A stretch of 64,000 nucleotides of DNA. Origin: Podarcis cretensis. Lineage: Eukaryota. Positions 11,501-24,031 of the stretch are shown piece by piece (position 1 is the stretch's first letter; each line of letters starts with the position of its first letter). The stretch is from assembly GCA_951804945.1 (NCBI GenBank), contig OX638152.1, forward strand, positions 72,478,001-72,542,000, written 5' to 3'. The notes beneath the pieces are model-generated. The model did not search any database. It had not been told where the DNA came from and saw only the letters and a program-made list of their open reading frames with translations. A program made the translations under genes and the position numbers.

Positions 11501-14500
11501 CTGTTTTAAAGTGTAAAAAAGACAAAGCCTATGAAGAAGGCCAGCTTTGCCCTAAATGCACCTTCCCTAAGCAATTCCAGAAACAAGACATTCAAAATGT
11601 GAAAAATGTTTCCTGCACAAAGCCTATCATACAGTCTCCACTGAAACAGAGCATTGGCCTTGAGGAGGAGGAGGAGATAGAGGAAGATGATGTCTCTGAG
11701 CTTCCCATGGAAGAATTTCAGCTGTCTCCATGGAACATTACTCTGAACCTGACAGATGAGCATGGCAACATAGTGAATCTGAAGTGTGAAATCAAGAAGC
11801 CAACAAACACCACCCAAATTCAGTGGAGCCAGAACTCGCCTCAAGAAATTGAAATCAACGCAACCATTTCCTTGGATCTGGAATGCCCCATGAACCGAGA
11901 AAACTATGAAAAATTGTGGAAGCTTATTGCTTATTATAGTGAAGTGCCTGTCAAGTTAGAAAGGGAGCATGCGCTCAGCCATGAAGCCAAATTAAGCTAT
12001 CATTACAAGCAAGGTTCTGATTATGATGCTCTTTACTACACAGGTGTCAAAGGGAGAATCCTTGCTGAGCCTTCGTGGGTGATGCAGCCACTGATACATA
12101 TCCAACTGAACAGGCGCCAGAGCACAGGGAATAAAGTCGTGCTCTCTTTTTCTACCCAAATTTCTCAAACACTTCAGATTCAAGAAAACAGACAGCAGAA
12201 AAGCAGCTGGGTTATGATAGAGCAAGACCAGCACACAAAGGCAGCTCAGAGTGTAGTGGAAGGTTCAGATGCTCAGCTAAGTTGCAATGTGAAAGCATCA
12301 GAAAGTCCCTCCATCGTGTGGATGCTTCCAGATGGGACTAAACTAAAAGCTCCATTCAGAATGGAAGACAGCAGGTTTTCTGTCCTCAGCAGCGGTCAGC
12401 TAGTCATCAAATCCGTGGCCTATGCTGATTCTGGTGTGTACCACTGTGTTGCTCAAGTGAGGAGTGATGCAGACACAATGGCCTACAGACTTCTGGTACA
12501 ACCCGCAGTCATCCAGCCAGCTGATTCTGAGACGATGAAAATTGAAAAAAATGTGGGGGATTCCATACTTCTGCCCTGCAGTGCAGTGGCTGTACCAGAA
12601 GCGCACATAAGCTGGGTACTCCCAAGCAGCCATGTCCTTCATGATTTATCAAACTCATCCAACCAGTACCTGTTAGACAATGGCACCCTCTTAATTCCAC
12701 ACAGCCATGTCAGTGACAGTGGGTACTACAGGTGTGTGGCTATAAACCAGCAAGGATCAGATCAATATACTGTTAAAGTCACAGTAAATAAAATGGTCTC
12801 TGACAGATCCTCAAAAAGGGTGAAACTAAAAAAACGCCTTGGTTCAAGAACCTCTGTAAAAGCAAAGGGGCGGGTCATAGAAGATGATGAGGGATCAGGT
12901 GCTGAAGAGGCTGATGATACTCGGAGCAAAAAATTCCACCTGAAGGACCGTGAAGTGCCCCTTAAAGAAAAGAATGACAATGTTCCTCAGGTTCAGGTTA
13001 AGAAGAACAAAAAAGGAAGGCACAAAATGAAATTATGGAAAGGCATGGACAGGACTGAAGAGATCAATGTTGCAGAGGGCCGTAGGGTATTTGAATCCCG
13101 AAGGAGAATAAATATGGCCAACAAACAAATTAATCCGCAGCACTGGGCCAACATTTTGGCAAAAGTCCGTGGGAAAAATTTCCCTAGAACAACAATGGTA
13201 CCAGGCACTTCCTTCAGGACTACAACAGAGACGCCGTCCATGCACCAAACCACCAACGCTCCGCCCATTATCAGCCCTCCCATTATCAGCCCTCCACCAA
13301 ACACTGCTGTGGAAGTCAATGGAGAGGAGTCTTCTGCAGATTCATTGCAGCTAGGTGAGGGAGAAATGTTCTCAGTCACAAATCTTCCCACTGTCAACGC
13401 CCAGAATAATAACCAAGACCACACACCGTCTACAGCAATGGGTACTGAGTCTTCCATAGGAAGTGAATTGTCAAACACGGGAGAGACACCTATTGGAGGA
13501 GATACTCTGATTTCTCCAACTGTACAGACACAGGTGTGGGATCATAGTGATTTGAGGAAAAATGATCCATCAGGGGGACGAAAATGCATAGATAGCTTCA
13601 CCCAAGACCCTTCAAATGAAGAAGTAACGAGCAATTTGCCATTATCCTCTGTGGAACTATCACCTAAAGCACCTATCCCTGCAAAAACTGAAGGTTCAGG
13701 AACAAATTTACAACACAAAAGTATGAATAAGCTACATCATGCTGTAAAACATCCCACACATTCTCAAACTGAAAATTATATTAATTCAATAGCCTCTACT
13801 ACTATTTTTGCTTCTGTAGCTACAGAGAGTGGTAGTATAGAGCACCAGCAAGGAATAATTTCTTCTGACCTTTTCAGGGGTTCTGAAGGTATAATACTTG
13901 AAAAAACAGATGCTCAAAAACCCAAAGCCACTTTTATTGTAGAAAGTACCACTGTTCCACTTAACAAGAAAACCCAAACAATGACTGCTGCTCCCAGTAA
14001 CAAATTGACCACAGCGACCATGATTACAAGCAAAACAACTACCTCTAACTCACAGGTCATCCATCATCCTAGAAGACGACCATATGGGAGAAGGAGATTA
14101 AGACCAAATAGGTTCAGAAGACCAAAACTTATCCCTCCTACTGCCTTCACCATAGAAGAGACACCTTTTATTAGAAAAATATCTAAATCGGAAGCTGCTA
14201 CCCAAAGTTTGCAGGGTTCCATTTTTAAAGGTCATCATAAATCTGATGCTGAAACACAACATGGAAATGAATATAAGCCTCCTGAAGTAAGTTCTCCACT
14301 GGCTACAAGTACTGCTGCCTTAAGGAAGTCTACTGGGGCCCAAGACACAGAAGAAGCTTCATTTCTTCATCTATCTACTTTGCCACCTAAAATACCTGCA
14401 ACTCTTTCCAATGCAGACAAGGACTGGAAAAGTCACATGGTGACAACACCAACACCGGATTCTCTAACTACAGCCCCTGGTAGACAACCACATTTGTCTC

Positions 14501-16258
14501 ACAGCTCAGGACATATGCTTACAACATCTGCAGGCAGTGAATTCATCAAAGTCTTGGAAGATAATACTGTTTCAGCAAATAACCAAGTTAGAAACACTCA
14601 TACAACAAGCATTTCAGTATCTATAGAAAGTATCACTACACCAGTGTCACTTTCTGAGCTTAGTTTCTCAAAGATTCCAGAATTCAAAGAAGAAGCTTTT
14701 CTTACTGGCTCATCAGCTTCAAGGAATGAAGTTGACTTAAGGGTAGGTCAGTCAAGACCTTCCCAGGTACAGCGTTTAAGTACTGCTGATGGCATGGGGG
14801 AAGGCTTTAAGGATCCTCCAACTGTAGATGAACAGGAGAAATTTTCAGACTCTCTAAAGATAAGTACAGTGGCAACATCTCCTCATCAAAGAGAAATACT
14901 GACTTCTTCTCACCATGGTACAGTGGGTGATCACATTTTCACACCTGCAAAAACGAAACAAGTGATCAGTCTTTGGCATAGTAAAACACTTATACCACCA
15001 TCTTCAAGGCACACAAAGGAAAGTATTACTCAGTTACATGATCGTCATGATCAGACTAATGCATATAGAACTGAAAAAAACTATCCCCCAGTATTACCTA
15101 TTCCATCTGCACCATTAGCCACTACTCTTCCTCCATCAAAGCCTAGCACTCTTAATTTGTCTACAAAAGAAAATTACACATCTGGTCAAGTAGCAGTTCC
15201 AGACATCAAAAGATTCAGTCTCAGCCCACGACAGAATGAACTTTCCACTTCCCATTCAAACTACAACCGAATAACCTCACAGCAAAAGCAACCGAAAGAA
15301 CCATATGGTGGTAGGAGATACAATACACTGAATCCAAATATTCCCAACCAGCCAATTGGAATTATACCCATTTTTAATCAGGCACCTGCTTTTGCACCTC
15401 CAAAACAGATCCCTGCAAGAGGGACCATGAGACCTCCATATCTCATTGCACCAGGTCTGTATCACCATTTTGTAACTCACCAGGCCCCCCTTCACTATAC
15501 CAATAAGCCAGAAATTACAGCTTACACAGCACATACCACACAGGACAAAAGAACCTCTTCTCCTCATACAGAGACCTTTCACACCACAACTGTTGCTCCA
15601 TTATACAGACCTAAGTTGCAAACCCCAAGCAGATTTGGCAGCCAGGGAGAAAACAGACTCAACAGTCACTCCAGAGTTTTTGCCAATAACTACCTTCCTG
15701 ACACCAGAGACAAGCCTGGAAGAACAATAAATCAAGCTGTACCCTACCTCCCCAATTCCAGAATACCATTCCTGTTGAACAGAACTAGGGTATTCCAACA
15801 ATTGGGAGTAAACTCTAAACCTATAGTGCCTAATCCGCTTTACCCCCCAGTTAGCACAACTGAGAAGAAATTTGTCTCTCCAACCAGGGTGATCACACAA
15901 AGCACTCCTCTAAGGGCTGCAGCTACCCCAGTGCCTCCTGTGCCCCTTGATACTACACTGCCATCTGAGAGTACTACTCCTAGCATTAAGCCACAAGGGA
16001 CTTCCACAATGCAGTCCTCCAGAAACATCCACTACAATAATCCTAATGTGCTATTTGTGCCTAAAATTGGAGGAGTGAAGGCACTTAATTCCAGCATAAT
16101 CCAGCCTTCAACACATTTCAAGATACAAGGAGAGAGGCCTAAGATTATAACAAAAGGATCTAACAGTCTATCCATCCTTGCTGAATCAGATGCTGTTATC
16201 CCATGTGATGCCACGGGAGAACCCAAGCCTTTCCTTTCTTGGACAAAAGTATCCACCG
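11501..16258 (+). CDS. MXRA5: MXRA5 giant coding exon 4 (4758 nt): LRRCT end, two Ig domains, mucin-like linker, start of C-terminal Ig array
   Basis: Acceptor TTTTTGTCTTCCAG|CT. The frame is uninterrupted (ORF track 11599-16308). Ig motifs DSGVYHC and DSGYYRC are present. Donor CCG|GTAAGA; phase 1 to 1. Confidence 0.95.
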
Positions 16259-16420
16259 GTAAGATATTTAAACCAGTTAGAATGTCTCAGAATACTTCTT
16301 TTTCTTAAAAAAACAACAACAACCCTGATGTTTTTCTTCTTCCCCTGCCCTCAGAAAAGGCTTGTTTACGGAATTTTCTTTAAATATTATGAACTGTTTA
16401 ACTTTTTTGTGACTGCTACT

Positions 16421-16560
16421 TTCCCCCCTAAAAAAATGTTTACGGGTATTCTCATTTTCCTACTCATATTGAAATGCTGCCCCTCATTGAGGCCAAACCT
16501 AGATTCACAAAATGTTTAGGGGTATGCATATCCTTGTGTTCCCCCCAGAAAAAAGCACTG
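16421..16560. mobile_element. hAT MITE in intron (same family as 45728-45870, opposite orientation)
   Basis: Right TIR AAAAAAGCACTG. Perfect 8-bp TSD CTGCTACT at 16413-16420 and 16561-16568. Left TIR mostly lost. Confidence 0.75.
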
Positions 16561-17940
16561 CTGCTACTACCCTTTCTCTTGGAATGATGCTAGGACCAGA
16601 GAATTGTGGAGGATGCAAAATGGTGACAAGGCTGCACAGTAGTTACTGCCACCGCCACTTGTTATAGAAAAATAAATAAATAAATAAGGAACATGAAAGT
16701 TGCCCTACTCCCACCCCTAATGGTGAGTCCTGCCCCTGAGAAACTGGCGAAGAATTTATCTTCCCCTCTAGAGAAATTCAGTCGTCATCCCCCACCCAGT
16801 TTCTCTGCCCTTAAATAGAGCAGATAATTTTTAGAGGCCATTTTCTCACAGCTTGTATTAAATCATTTAATTTTGATCCAGTCACAATAAGGCAGAGGCC
16901 ACCAACCATTTTTAATTTGAGAGCTGGGGATGCCACTCACAATATGACTGTCATGAGGGTGTGGCGCATCACAAAATGAGCAAAAGTACATGGTGAAAAG
17001 TACAATCATGGAAAAAAGTCTTATCCTTTTAAATATCTGCCTAGAAGATTAGACGGAAACAGGAAAAGTGCATTAATGGGGAGAGGGGAGTTAGTTATTC
17101 AGGTTATCCCAGCGATTCCAAACAACTCACTTATCCACTGCAGCTTTGATGTCAGTCATTGGCTAAAAAACATTGACAGGAAGAAGCAGCCAGGCTTGCT
17201 CGTCTCAGAGAAATCACATAGAAGGGTACCTGCATATTTTGCTTCTTACCTTTCTTTGTAGGAGGGCTAGAGACTTACTTTTTAAATGCAAATTCAGTGT
17301 CTGGGGCTGCTGCCCATGGCTCCTACACGTGCCTGGTTGGCAACCTCTTCAGTAAGGCATTCTCTATATTCCCCCCCCCCCCATGAACAGTATGTTTTAT
17401 GGACAATAAACATACATTTTCATTCCCTTTAGGAACCTATTTGGAGGGTACAGTGTCCATTTCCCCATTAATTTAGGTGTGCGCTGATTCATTTTTTACC
17501 ATTTTTTGACTGTACCTGTTTTGGCACAACTGTTGCACCCATCCGGTTATACTCTCTGTGCATCTGGCTGCCCGTTCTCATCTGCACTGTGATGAATGTC
17601 TGTTGGTAGGGCCAGAAATTTCTTATGATGCAAATAAGGACATAAAACTGCATCTGAGACCATTGGGTGTTCTGACATGATTGACTAGATTGGATCTTCA
17701 CACCTCTGCTTCTTATAAGGTCCTACCAGAGTACTATTGTGCAGCAAAAAGGAATAAAGTGATGTTTCTCAGCCTTTTCTAATTTATTTAAATTTTATCA
17801 AATATACAAAGTATAATACTAATGCATAATAAAATAATAATAATCTTGAATACTGTAGTTTACTATAGTTTCTATGTTCCTATGTTTTGGGTATCCCCAA
17901 AAATGCTTTTCTTCTTTTTCCTTCCTGCTTTTCCTTTCAG

Positions 17941-18841
17941 GAGCTGTCATGACAGCCAATACAAGGATACAACGATTTGAAGTCTTGAAAAATGGTACGT
18001 TCCTCGTTCGCAATGTTCAGCTTCAGGACCGTGGACAGTATTTGTGCACTGCTCAGAACCTGCATGGTGTTGATAAAATGATCGTCTCGATGACCGTCTT
18101 AGCTCAGCAGCCCAAAATGCTGGGTTCCCGCTTCAGAGATGTGACTGTTTATTTTGGAGAAAAAGTGATCATGGAGTGCCAAGCCAATGGTATTCCAAGT
18201 CCCCATATTTCTTGGATTTTCCCTGACAGGAAAATATTACAAACTGTGAGCACTACAGAGGGAAGAGTGATGCTGTATGAAAACCGAACCTTGTCCCTCA
18301 AGGACACTAACTTCTCAGATCGTGGAGTATATAAGTGTATAGCCAGCAACGCTGCAGGAACTGACAGTCTTGCCGTGAGGCTTCACATCGCTGCCTTGCC
18401 ACCTATTATCCAACAGGAGAAACAGGAAAACATTACCCTCAGTGTAGGGCAGAACATTAACATTCACTGTAGTGCCAAAGCAGCTCCTCTGCCTGGCATA
18501 CGCTGGGTGCTTTTTGATGGAACCCAGATCCGCACTTCCCAGTTTGTACGCGGCAATCTGTTTGTTTTTCCAAATGGAACTCTTTACATACGTAATGTCT
18601 CTCCCAAAGACAGTGGGAGCTACGAATGCATTGCAGCCAACATGGTTGGTGCTGCCAGGAGAACCGTATGGTTGCATGTCAGAAAGCAGTCCACAAATGC
18701 CAAGATTACTGGGAGCTCTCCTCAGAGAACAGATGTGACCTATGGCAGCACCCTGAGACTGGACTGCAGCGCCTCTGGGGACCCCTGGCCACGGATACTC
18801 TGGAGGCTGCCTTCAAAAAGGATGGTGGATTCTCTACAAAG
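17941..18841 (+). CDS. MXRA5: MXRA5 coding exon 5: Ig I-set domains
   Basis: Long polypyrimidine tract + TTTCAG|. Ig motifs DRGQYLC, DRGVYKC and DSGSYEC. Donor AAG|GTAAAA; 901 nt, phase 1 to 2. Confidence 0.95.
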
Positions 18842-19113
18842 GTAAAAAAAATAAGAATGACCATAGATATATGTATCTAATTGTTGTTTTTGATTAGTTT
18901 AAATATAACAACTCTTCAAATTAGCACTATAGCTATAGTGATTTCAATGTTACTTCCTTTAGGCTGCAATCCTATACACACTTACTTGGGAATAGCTCTC
19001 TGGGCTACTTCTCAGTAGAGTGTAGTTTCGCTCTGTATATTGCACATGGTTTCAGAATGTAAACCACCAGCAATAGTGTTATACCTTTCACAGCATTTCA
19101 ATTATCTTGCATG

Positions 19114-19215
19114 CATAGAATCCTGAAATAGAGTTGCATGGGACCCTGAGCGTCATCAAGTCCAGGAATCTCAACTAAAGCATCTCAACTAAAGCATCCA
19201 TGACAGTTGGCACTG
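19114..19215 (-). mobile_element. CR1 LINE 3'-end fragment with internal 14-bp tandem duplication
   Basis: CATAGAATC...TAGAGTTG...GGGACC...GTCATC.AGTCC is a CR1-tail-like motif. ATCTCAACTAAAGC occurs twice at 19168-19195. Confidence 0.45.
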
Positions 19216-19365
19216 TAATGACATGTTGGACTTAAGTGCTTGATCGTACACCATGGCCACTCAGAAACAAATTGAACCGAGTTCAATAACACTTCCTATG
19301 AAGTATGTATAGCATTCCAACCTAAGACCATTTGTTTAGAATACCTGTTTTATAAAGAATCCTAA

Positions 19366-19714
19366 GGTGGTGCTGTGGTCTAAACCACAGAGCCTAGGGC
19401 TTGCTGATCGGAAGGTTGGCAGTTTGAATCCCTTCAACGGGGTGAGCTCCTGTTGCTCGGTCCCTGCTCCTGCCAACCTAGCAGTTCGAAAGCACGTCAA
19501 GTGCAAGTAGATAAAAGGTACTGCTCTGGCGGGAAGGTAAACGGCATTTCCGTGCGCTGCTCTGGTTCTCCAGAAGTGGCTTAGTCATGCTGACCACAGG
19601 ACCCGGAAGCTGTCTGTGGACAAACGCTGGCTCCCTCAGCCTATAGAGCGAGATGAGCGCGCAACCCCAGAGTTGTCCGCGACTGGATCTAGGTCAGGGA
19701 TACCTTTACCTTTA
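19366..19714 (+). mobile_element. Sauria SINE, near full length
   Basis: tRNA-like head (GGTGGTGCTGTGGTCTAAACC...GTTTGAATCCC), body GCCAACCTAGCAGTTCGAAAGCAC...GTGCAAGTAGATAAA, tail ACCTTTACCTTT. Matches the reverse complement of 51373-51618. Confidence 0.9.
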
Positions 19715-22122
19715 AGGTTCCTTGCAGTCTTATCAGAGTTTCCTCAATGGGAAAGTATCCCTGAAAGACAGCTGTCCCACCACTGTCAATCTTCCCTTGC
19801 CTTGCAAAGGAGTGGTAGGGTGTTTGGTGTGTTCTCAGGTACACTCTTGTTTATGCATATCAGCAGTGAAATTCAAAGTGCCATACTATGGAGCTAGATT
19901 ATGCTTTTGAATGTCTTGCAGTGCACAGCATGCAGGATTCTGCAGGGAGCAAAGCACTGTGGAAAAGGTACCTTAAAGACAGAAATTTTCATTTAGACCA
20001 GTATAGTAAATTCCTCTGGATATGGATGGGTTAAATTAAGGTAGAATGCCTTGAAATAGTTCTAATGAAGAGGGTAGTGAAGCTAAAATTGGCCTGCATA
20101 GCTGTCCAACGTTTCTCCATCTGAAAAAAAATATAGGCTGTAGTGTATCCAAAGTGAAGCATTCTTCAGTGCATTGGCTTGAGGAGAGATAATTGTGTGG
20201 TGAACTCCTCACTTAAACCAGCAGGGCTTAATGTATTTCATTTTGACCAGATTGTGGCCATGTTTGCTAGAAGAGCAATATGAGATTTGATTTCCCTGTT
20301 CATGCTTGTGTACATCTAGTGAAATCCAGTGTTGATATTTATATTAAACATATATACAATCATTTATGTTTTCCAAGAGGTTCAGGTATGGAGAAATGCT
20401 TGGGCTTGATTTATATTTATACCAATGCTACTTCAAATTGGTTTGCAATTGCAATGTTGTTTTAAAATACATAATTCTGTGTGCAGTTTTTTGGCACTGA
20501 CCCTGCCTTACAAAAAATTATGTAAAAATTGTTAGCCTTAAGAGAAGGGCATTAAGTATTTATGACTGTAAGGTAATTTGTTCACAAATGTGAGTTTTAT
20601 ACAGGCCGCTTATCCACCCATCATATAAAATGCATTAATTATACCTGGAACTATAGTAGGATGAGTATGGCAAACTTTAACATTCAAAAGTGTAGAACTC
20701 TTGAGGCTCCTGGTTTTTTAGATGGATTCTATAGGACTTTTCTATAAATGTACTGTGGAATTAGATATTACAGAAGACATGGGAGCATCCCCCTATTTCT
20801 CCCCCGTTCCCTTAACATGTAAGGAAGTCACAATAAGTCATCATACTGTGAATTCCCCCAATTTGTGCTCTACATCATGGGCTGCCACTCTCACTATTGA
20901 GAGTGAAGAATGTCACAGTGTGATTGTATCACACCAGGCACCGAATCTCATTAGTCTTTCCTAACAACAGATAACAAGGTGTAGGGGTGTCATTTTTTAT
21001 GTTATTTTTTGCAGCAGCAGCCCTAGACCTTCCATAACATCTTGTTCCACTTTTAGGCTCCTTGGTAGCCGGGATGAAAAAGATCCCTTAGTTTAAGATA
21101 GTTTTGGGAGTGGTTTGCATCTGATTGGCAGTGCTGGTTTTAACATTTGAAGTGGAGCATGCATAGGATTTAGATACACCACACACAAGTTTTCCTTTGA
21201 ACTCTGCCTGAAGCTCCTTTGTTTGGTAATGCAGAAAGTACTACACACAGTAATCGCCAAAGTAACTCAAAGAGAAAAGTTTGCAATTCTTCCATCTCTC
21301 TGATCTGAGAATAATGGACTAGGTATTCCTGCAGAGCAGCATCCCAGGCAAACATCTTATTTTTAGTGTCACTGGATGTTTATAACCATTTTACTGTTGC
21401 AGAGAGGATAAATGCCCTTATGCATTAAGTAGTTAGGCTTTATAAACTTTTTAGATTGCTCCATGTAAATATTTTGTATTGTGTTAGTGAGACCCAAACA
21501 ACCATTATCTTCTGCTCCCAGAGGCCCCATGGTAACTATTTAGGAATTGGCAGCACAATCCTATGCATGTCTACTCAGCAGAAAGCCCCATTACTGTGTG
21601 GTTGACTTCCAAGTAAAAGTGCATAGGACTGCATTCTGAAGGTGGGCACTCGTATGTACAATATAAAGGTAATATATCTATATAATAGCTATATAATAGC
21701 TAATAAATTCTCTGGTCTGTTTCATACCAAAGCAATGTGGCTCTCTATGGAATAAGTGTATGTATATCTTGCCATATGGAGTATATTGTCAATATCCTGT
21801 TCACTTTATAAACATATGTATCCATGCATATAAGCTTACATGGGATTTATCTGTGGTGTGTATATATACAGGAGATCCCCCCACCTCCTTTGTATTTCCA
21901 TGTCTAAATGCAGCATAGAATACTGTAAATAAAATCTGGATCTTCAGAAGAAGTATAATGATGTAAAAACATCCTTCCACTAGAAGAAAGTCAGTTGCAG
22001 GGTGGAATTGTTTGATTGCAAATGAAGATAATTGTTCTTGTTTGTTTTCTGGCTCAAAATATGATGGTTTATGAACATAAACTTAAACACATGTTTTGTT
22101 TTCTTTCTTTTTCCTAAATTAG

Positions 22123-24031
22123 TTTGGACAGCAGAATCAAGGTATTTGGGAACGGAACTTTGGTTGTTCATTCCATCACTGAAAGGGATGCAGGGGACTA
22201 TCTGTGTGTGGCCCGCAACAAGATTGGAGATGATTACGTGGTTCTTAAAGTGAATGTGATGATGAAACCTGCCAAAATCGAACACAAGAATGAGAATAAC
22301 CGCAAGGTGATGTATGGAGGGGACCTGAAAGTTGACTGTGTAGCTACAGGTCTGCCGAACCCTGAGATCTCCTGGGGCCTTCCAGATGGCAGCATGATCA
22401 ATACCCTCATGCTAGCAGATGACAGTGGGAGCCGAACAAAGAGATATGTTGTATTCAACAATGGGACACTGTACTTCAATGACGTAGGGCTGAGAGAAGA
22501 GGGAGACTACACCTGCTATGCCGAAAACCAGATTGGTAAAGATGAGATGAAAGTGCGGGTAAAAGTAGTGGCCGAACCTGCTACAATTAGGAATAAAACC
22601 TACTTGGTTCTCAATATCCCATATGGAGATGTGGTATCTGTAGCATGTGAAGCAAAAGGAGAGCCCACACCCAAAGTGATGTGGTTGTCTCCAAGCAACA
22701 GACCTATCCCACTTTTGTCAGATAAATATCAGGTGTACAGGGATGGGACGCTTCTCATACAGAAGGCCCAAAGATCTGACAGTGGCAACTACACATGTGT
22801 AGCCCGGAATACTGCTGGGGAAGACCGGAAAGTTGTCTGGATCCATGTCAATGTTCAACCTCCAAAAATAAATGGGCACCCCAGTGCCATCACCTCGGTG
22901 AGAGAAATGGCTCTGAGAGACAGCCGGAAGCTCATTGACTGTAAAGCTGAAGGCATCCCAACTCCACGGGTCATGTGGGCTTTCCCAGAAGGAGTGATCC
23001 TGCCTGCTCCCTATTATGGGAATAGAATTACTGTGCACCGCAATGGCACACTAGACATCCGAGGAGTGAGACAGACAGACTCAGTGCAGTTGGTGTGCAT
23101 TGGCAGGAATGAAGGGGGAGAGGGCAGGCTGATTGTGCAGCTGCAGGTCATGGACCACATAGAAAAGCCAGCCTTTCGGGATCCAGTCACTGAAAGGATC
23201 ACTGCGGCAGCAGGACACAGTATCAATCTGAACTGCTCAGTGTATGGGACTCCTCAACCTAGCACAGCCTGGATCCTTCCCAATGGCACCGAGCTGCAGA
23301 AGAGCAGCCATTTGCACCGATTCTACCACAAGAGGGATGGAATATTACACATCAGTGCCTTGTCTGCAGCAGATGCTGGGACTTACCGCTGCACAGCCAG
23401 GAACCCAGGTGGTTATGCAGAAAGGGTGGTCTTCCTCAAAGTGGGGTTGAAACCAGAAATCAGCAATCAGTATAACAACTTAGTGAGCATCATCAATGGG
23501 GAGACCCTGCAGCTTCACTGCATCACCCAGCCCAGCCAGCAAGCTCGCATAACTTGGACTCTACCCAACGGGATGGTGTTAGATGGTCCCCAGGCTGTTG
23601 GGCGATTTTCCCTGTTAGAGAATGGCTCTCTCACAGTGCGTGAAGCATCCGTGTTTGACAGAGGTACTTACCTGTGCAAGGTCACGACCGAGTATGGCTC
23701 TTCCCTTATGAATGTCCCAGTGATTGTGATAGCCTATCCACCCCGGATCACAAGCGAACCGGCTCCCATCATTTACGCAAGGCCAGGCAATACAGTGAAG
23801 CTGAACTGCATGGCCATTGGGATCCCTAAAGCAGAAATAACGTGGGATCTCCCAGACAAATCACATCTGACAACGGGAGCTCAATCCCGTCTGTATGGAA
23901 ACAAATTCCTTCACCCTCAGGGCTCATTAATCATCCAGCAGGCTACACAAAAGGATGCAGGCTTCTATAAATGCACTGCTAAAAATATACTAGGCAGTGA
24001 TTCAAAAGCAACCTACATACACATATTCTAA
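22123..24031 (+). CDS. MXRA5: MXRA5 last coding exon: Ig I-set domains to stop
   Basis: Acceptor TTTTTCCTAAATTAG|T. Ig motifs DAGDYLC, EEGDYTC, DSGNYTC, DAGTYRC, DRGTYLC and DAGFYKC. Ends ...ATYIHIF TAA (24029-24031). Confidence 0.95.

Larger units (their letters stand above)
6983..24031 (+). other. MXRA5: MXRA5 (matrix-remodeling-associated 5 / adlican) spliced coding span, 6 coding exons
   Basis: Exon lengths 206+130+391+4758+901+1909 = 8295 nt form one open frame (2764 aa + stop). All introns are GT-AG with matching phases. The LRR + Ig architecture and motifs (GALSVVLIL, CPHPCACYVP, RENYEKLWKLIAYYSEVPVKL, YIHIF end) match MXRA5 rather than the paralog IGSF10, from recall. Confidence 0.96.

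Noticed and set aside
11992-16256. Several antisense ORFs overlapping the giant exon
   Set aside because: Expected shadows of a long coding frame; no independent signals.
11599-16308. 1569-aa ORF as a stand-alone gene (likewise 17874-18845 and 22124-24031)
   Set aside because: These are MXRA5 exons. Their ORF-track starts are non-ATG or intronic, and the 11599 and 17874 ORFs also read through their splice donors.
6983-24031. Assignment to paralog IGSF10
   Set aside because: The architecture is the same, but the N-terminal, post-LRR and C-terminal motifs match recalled MXRA5 much more closely.
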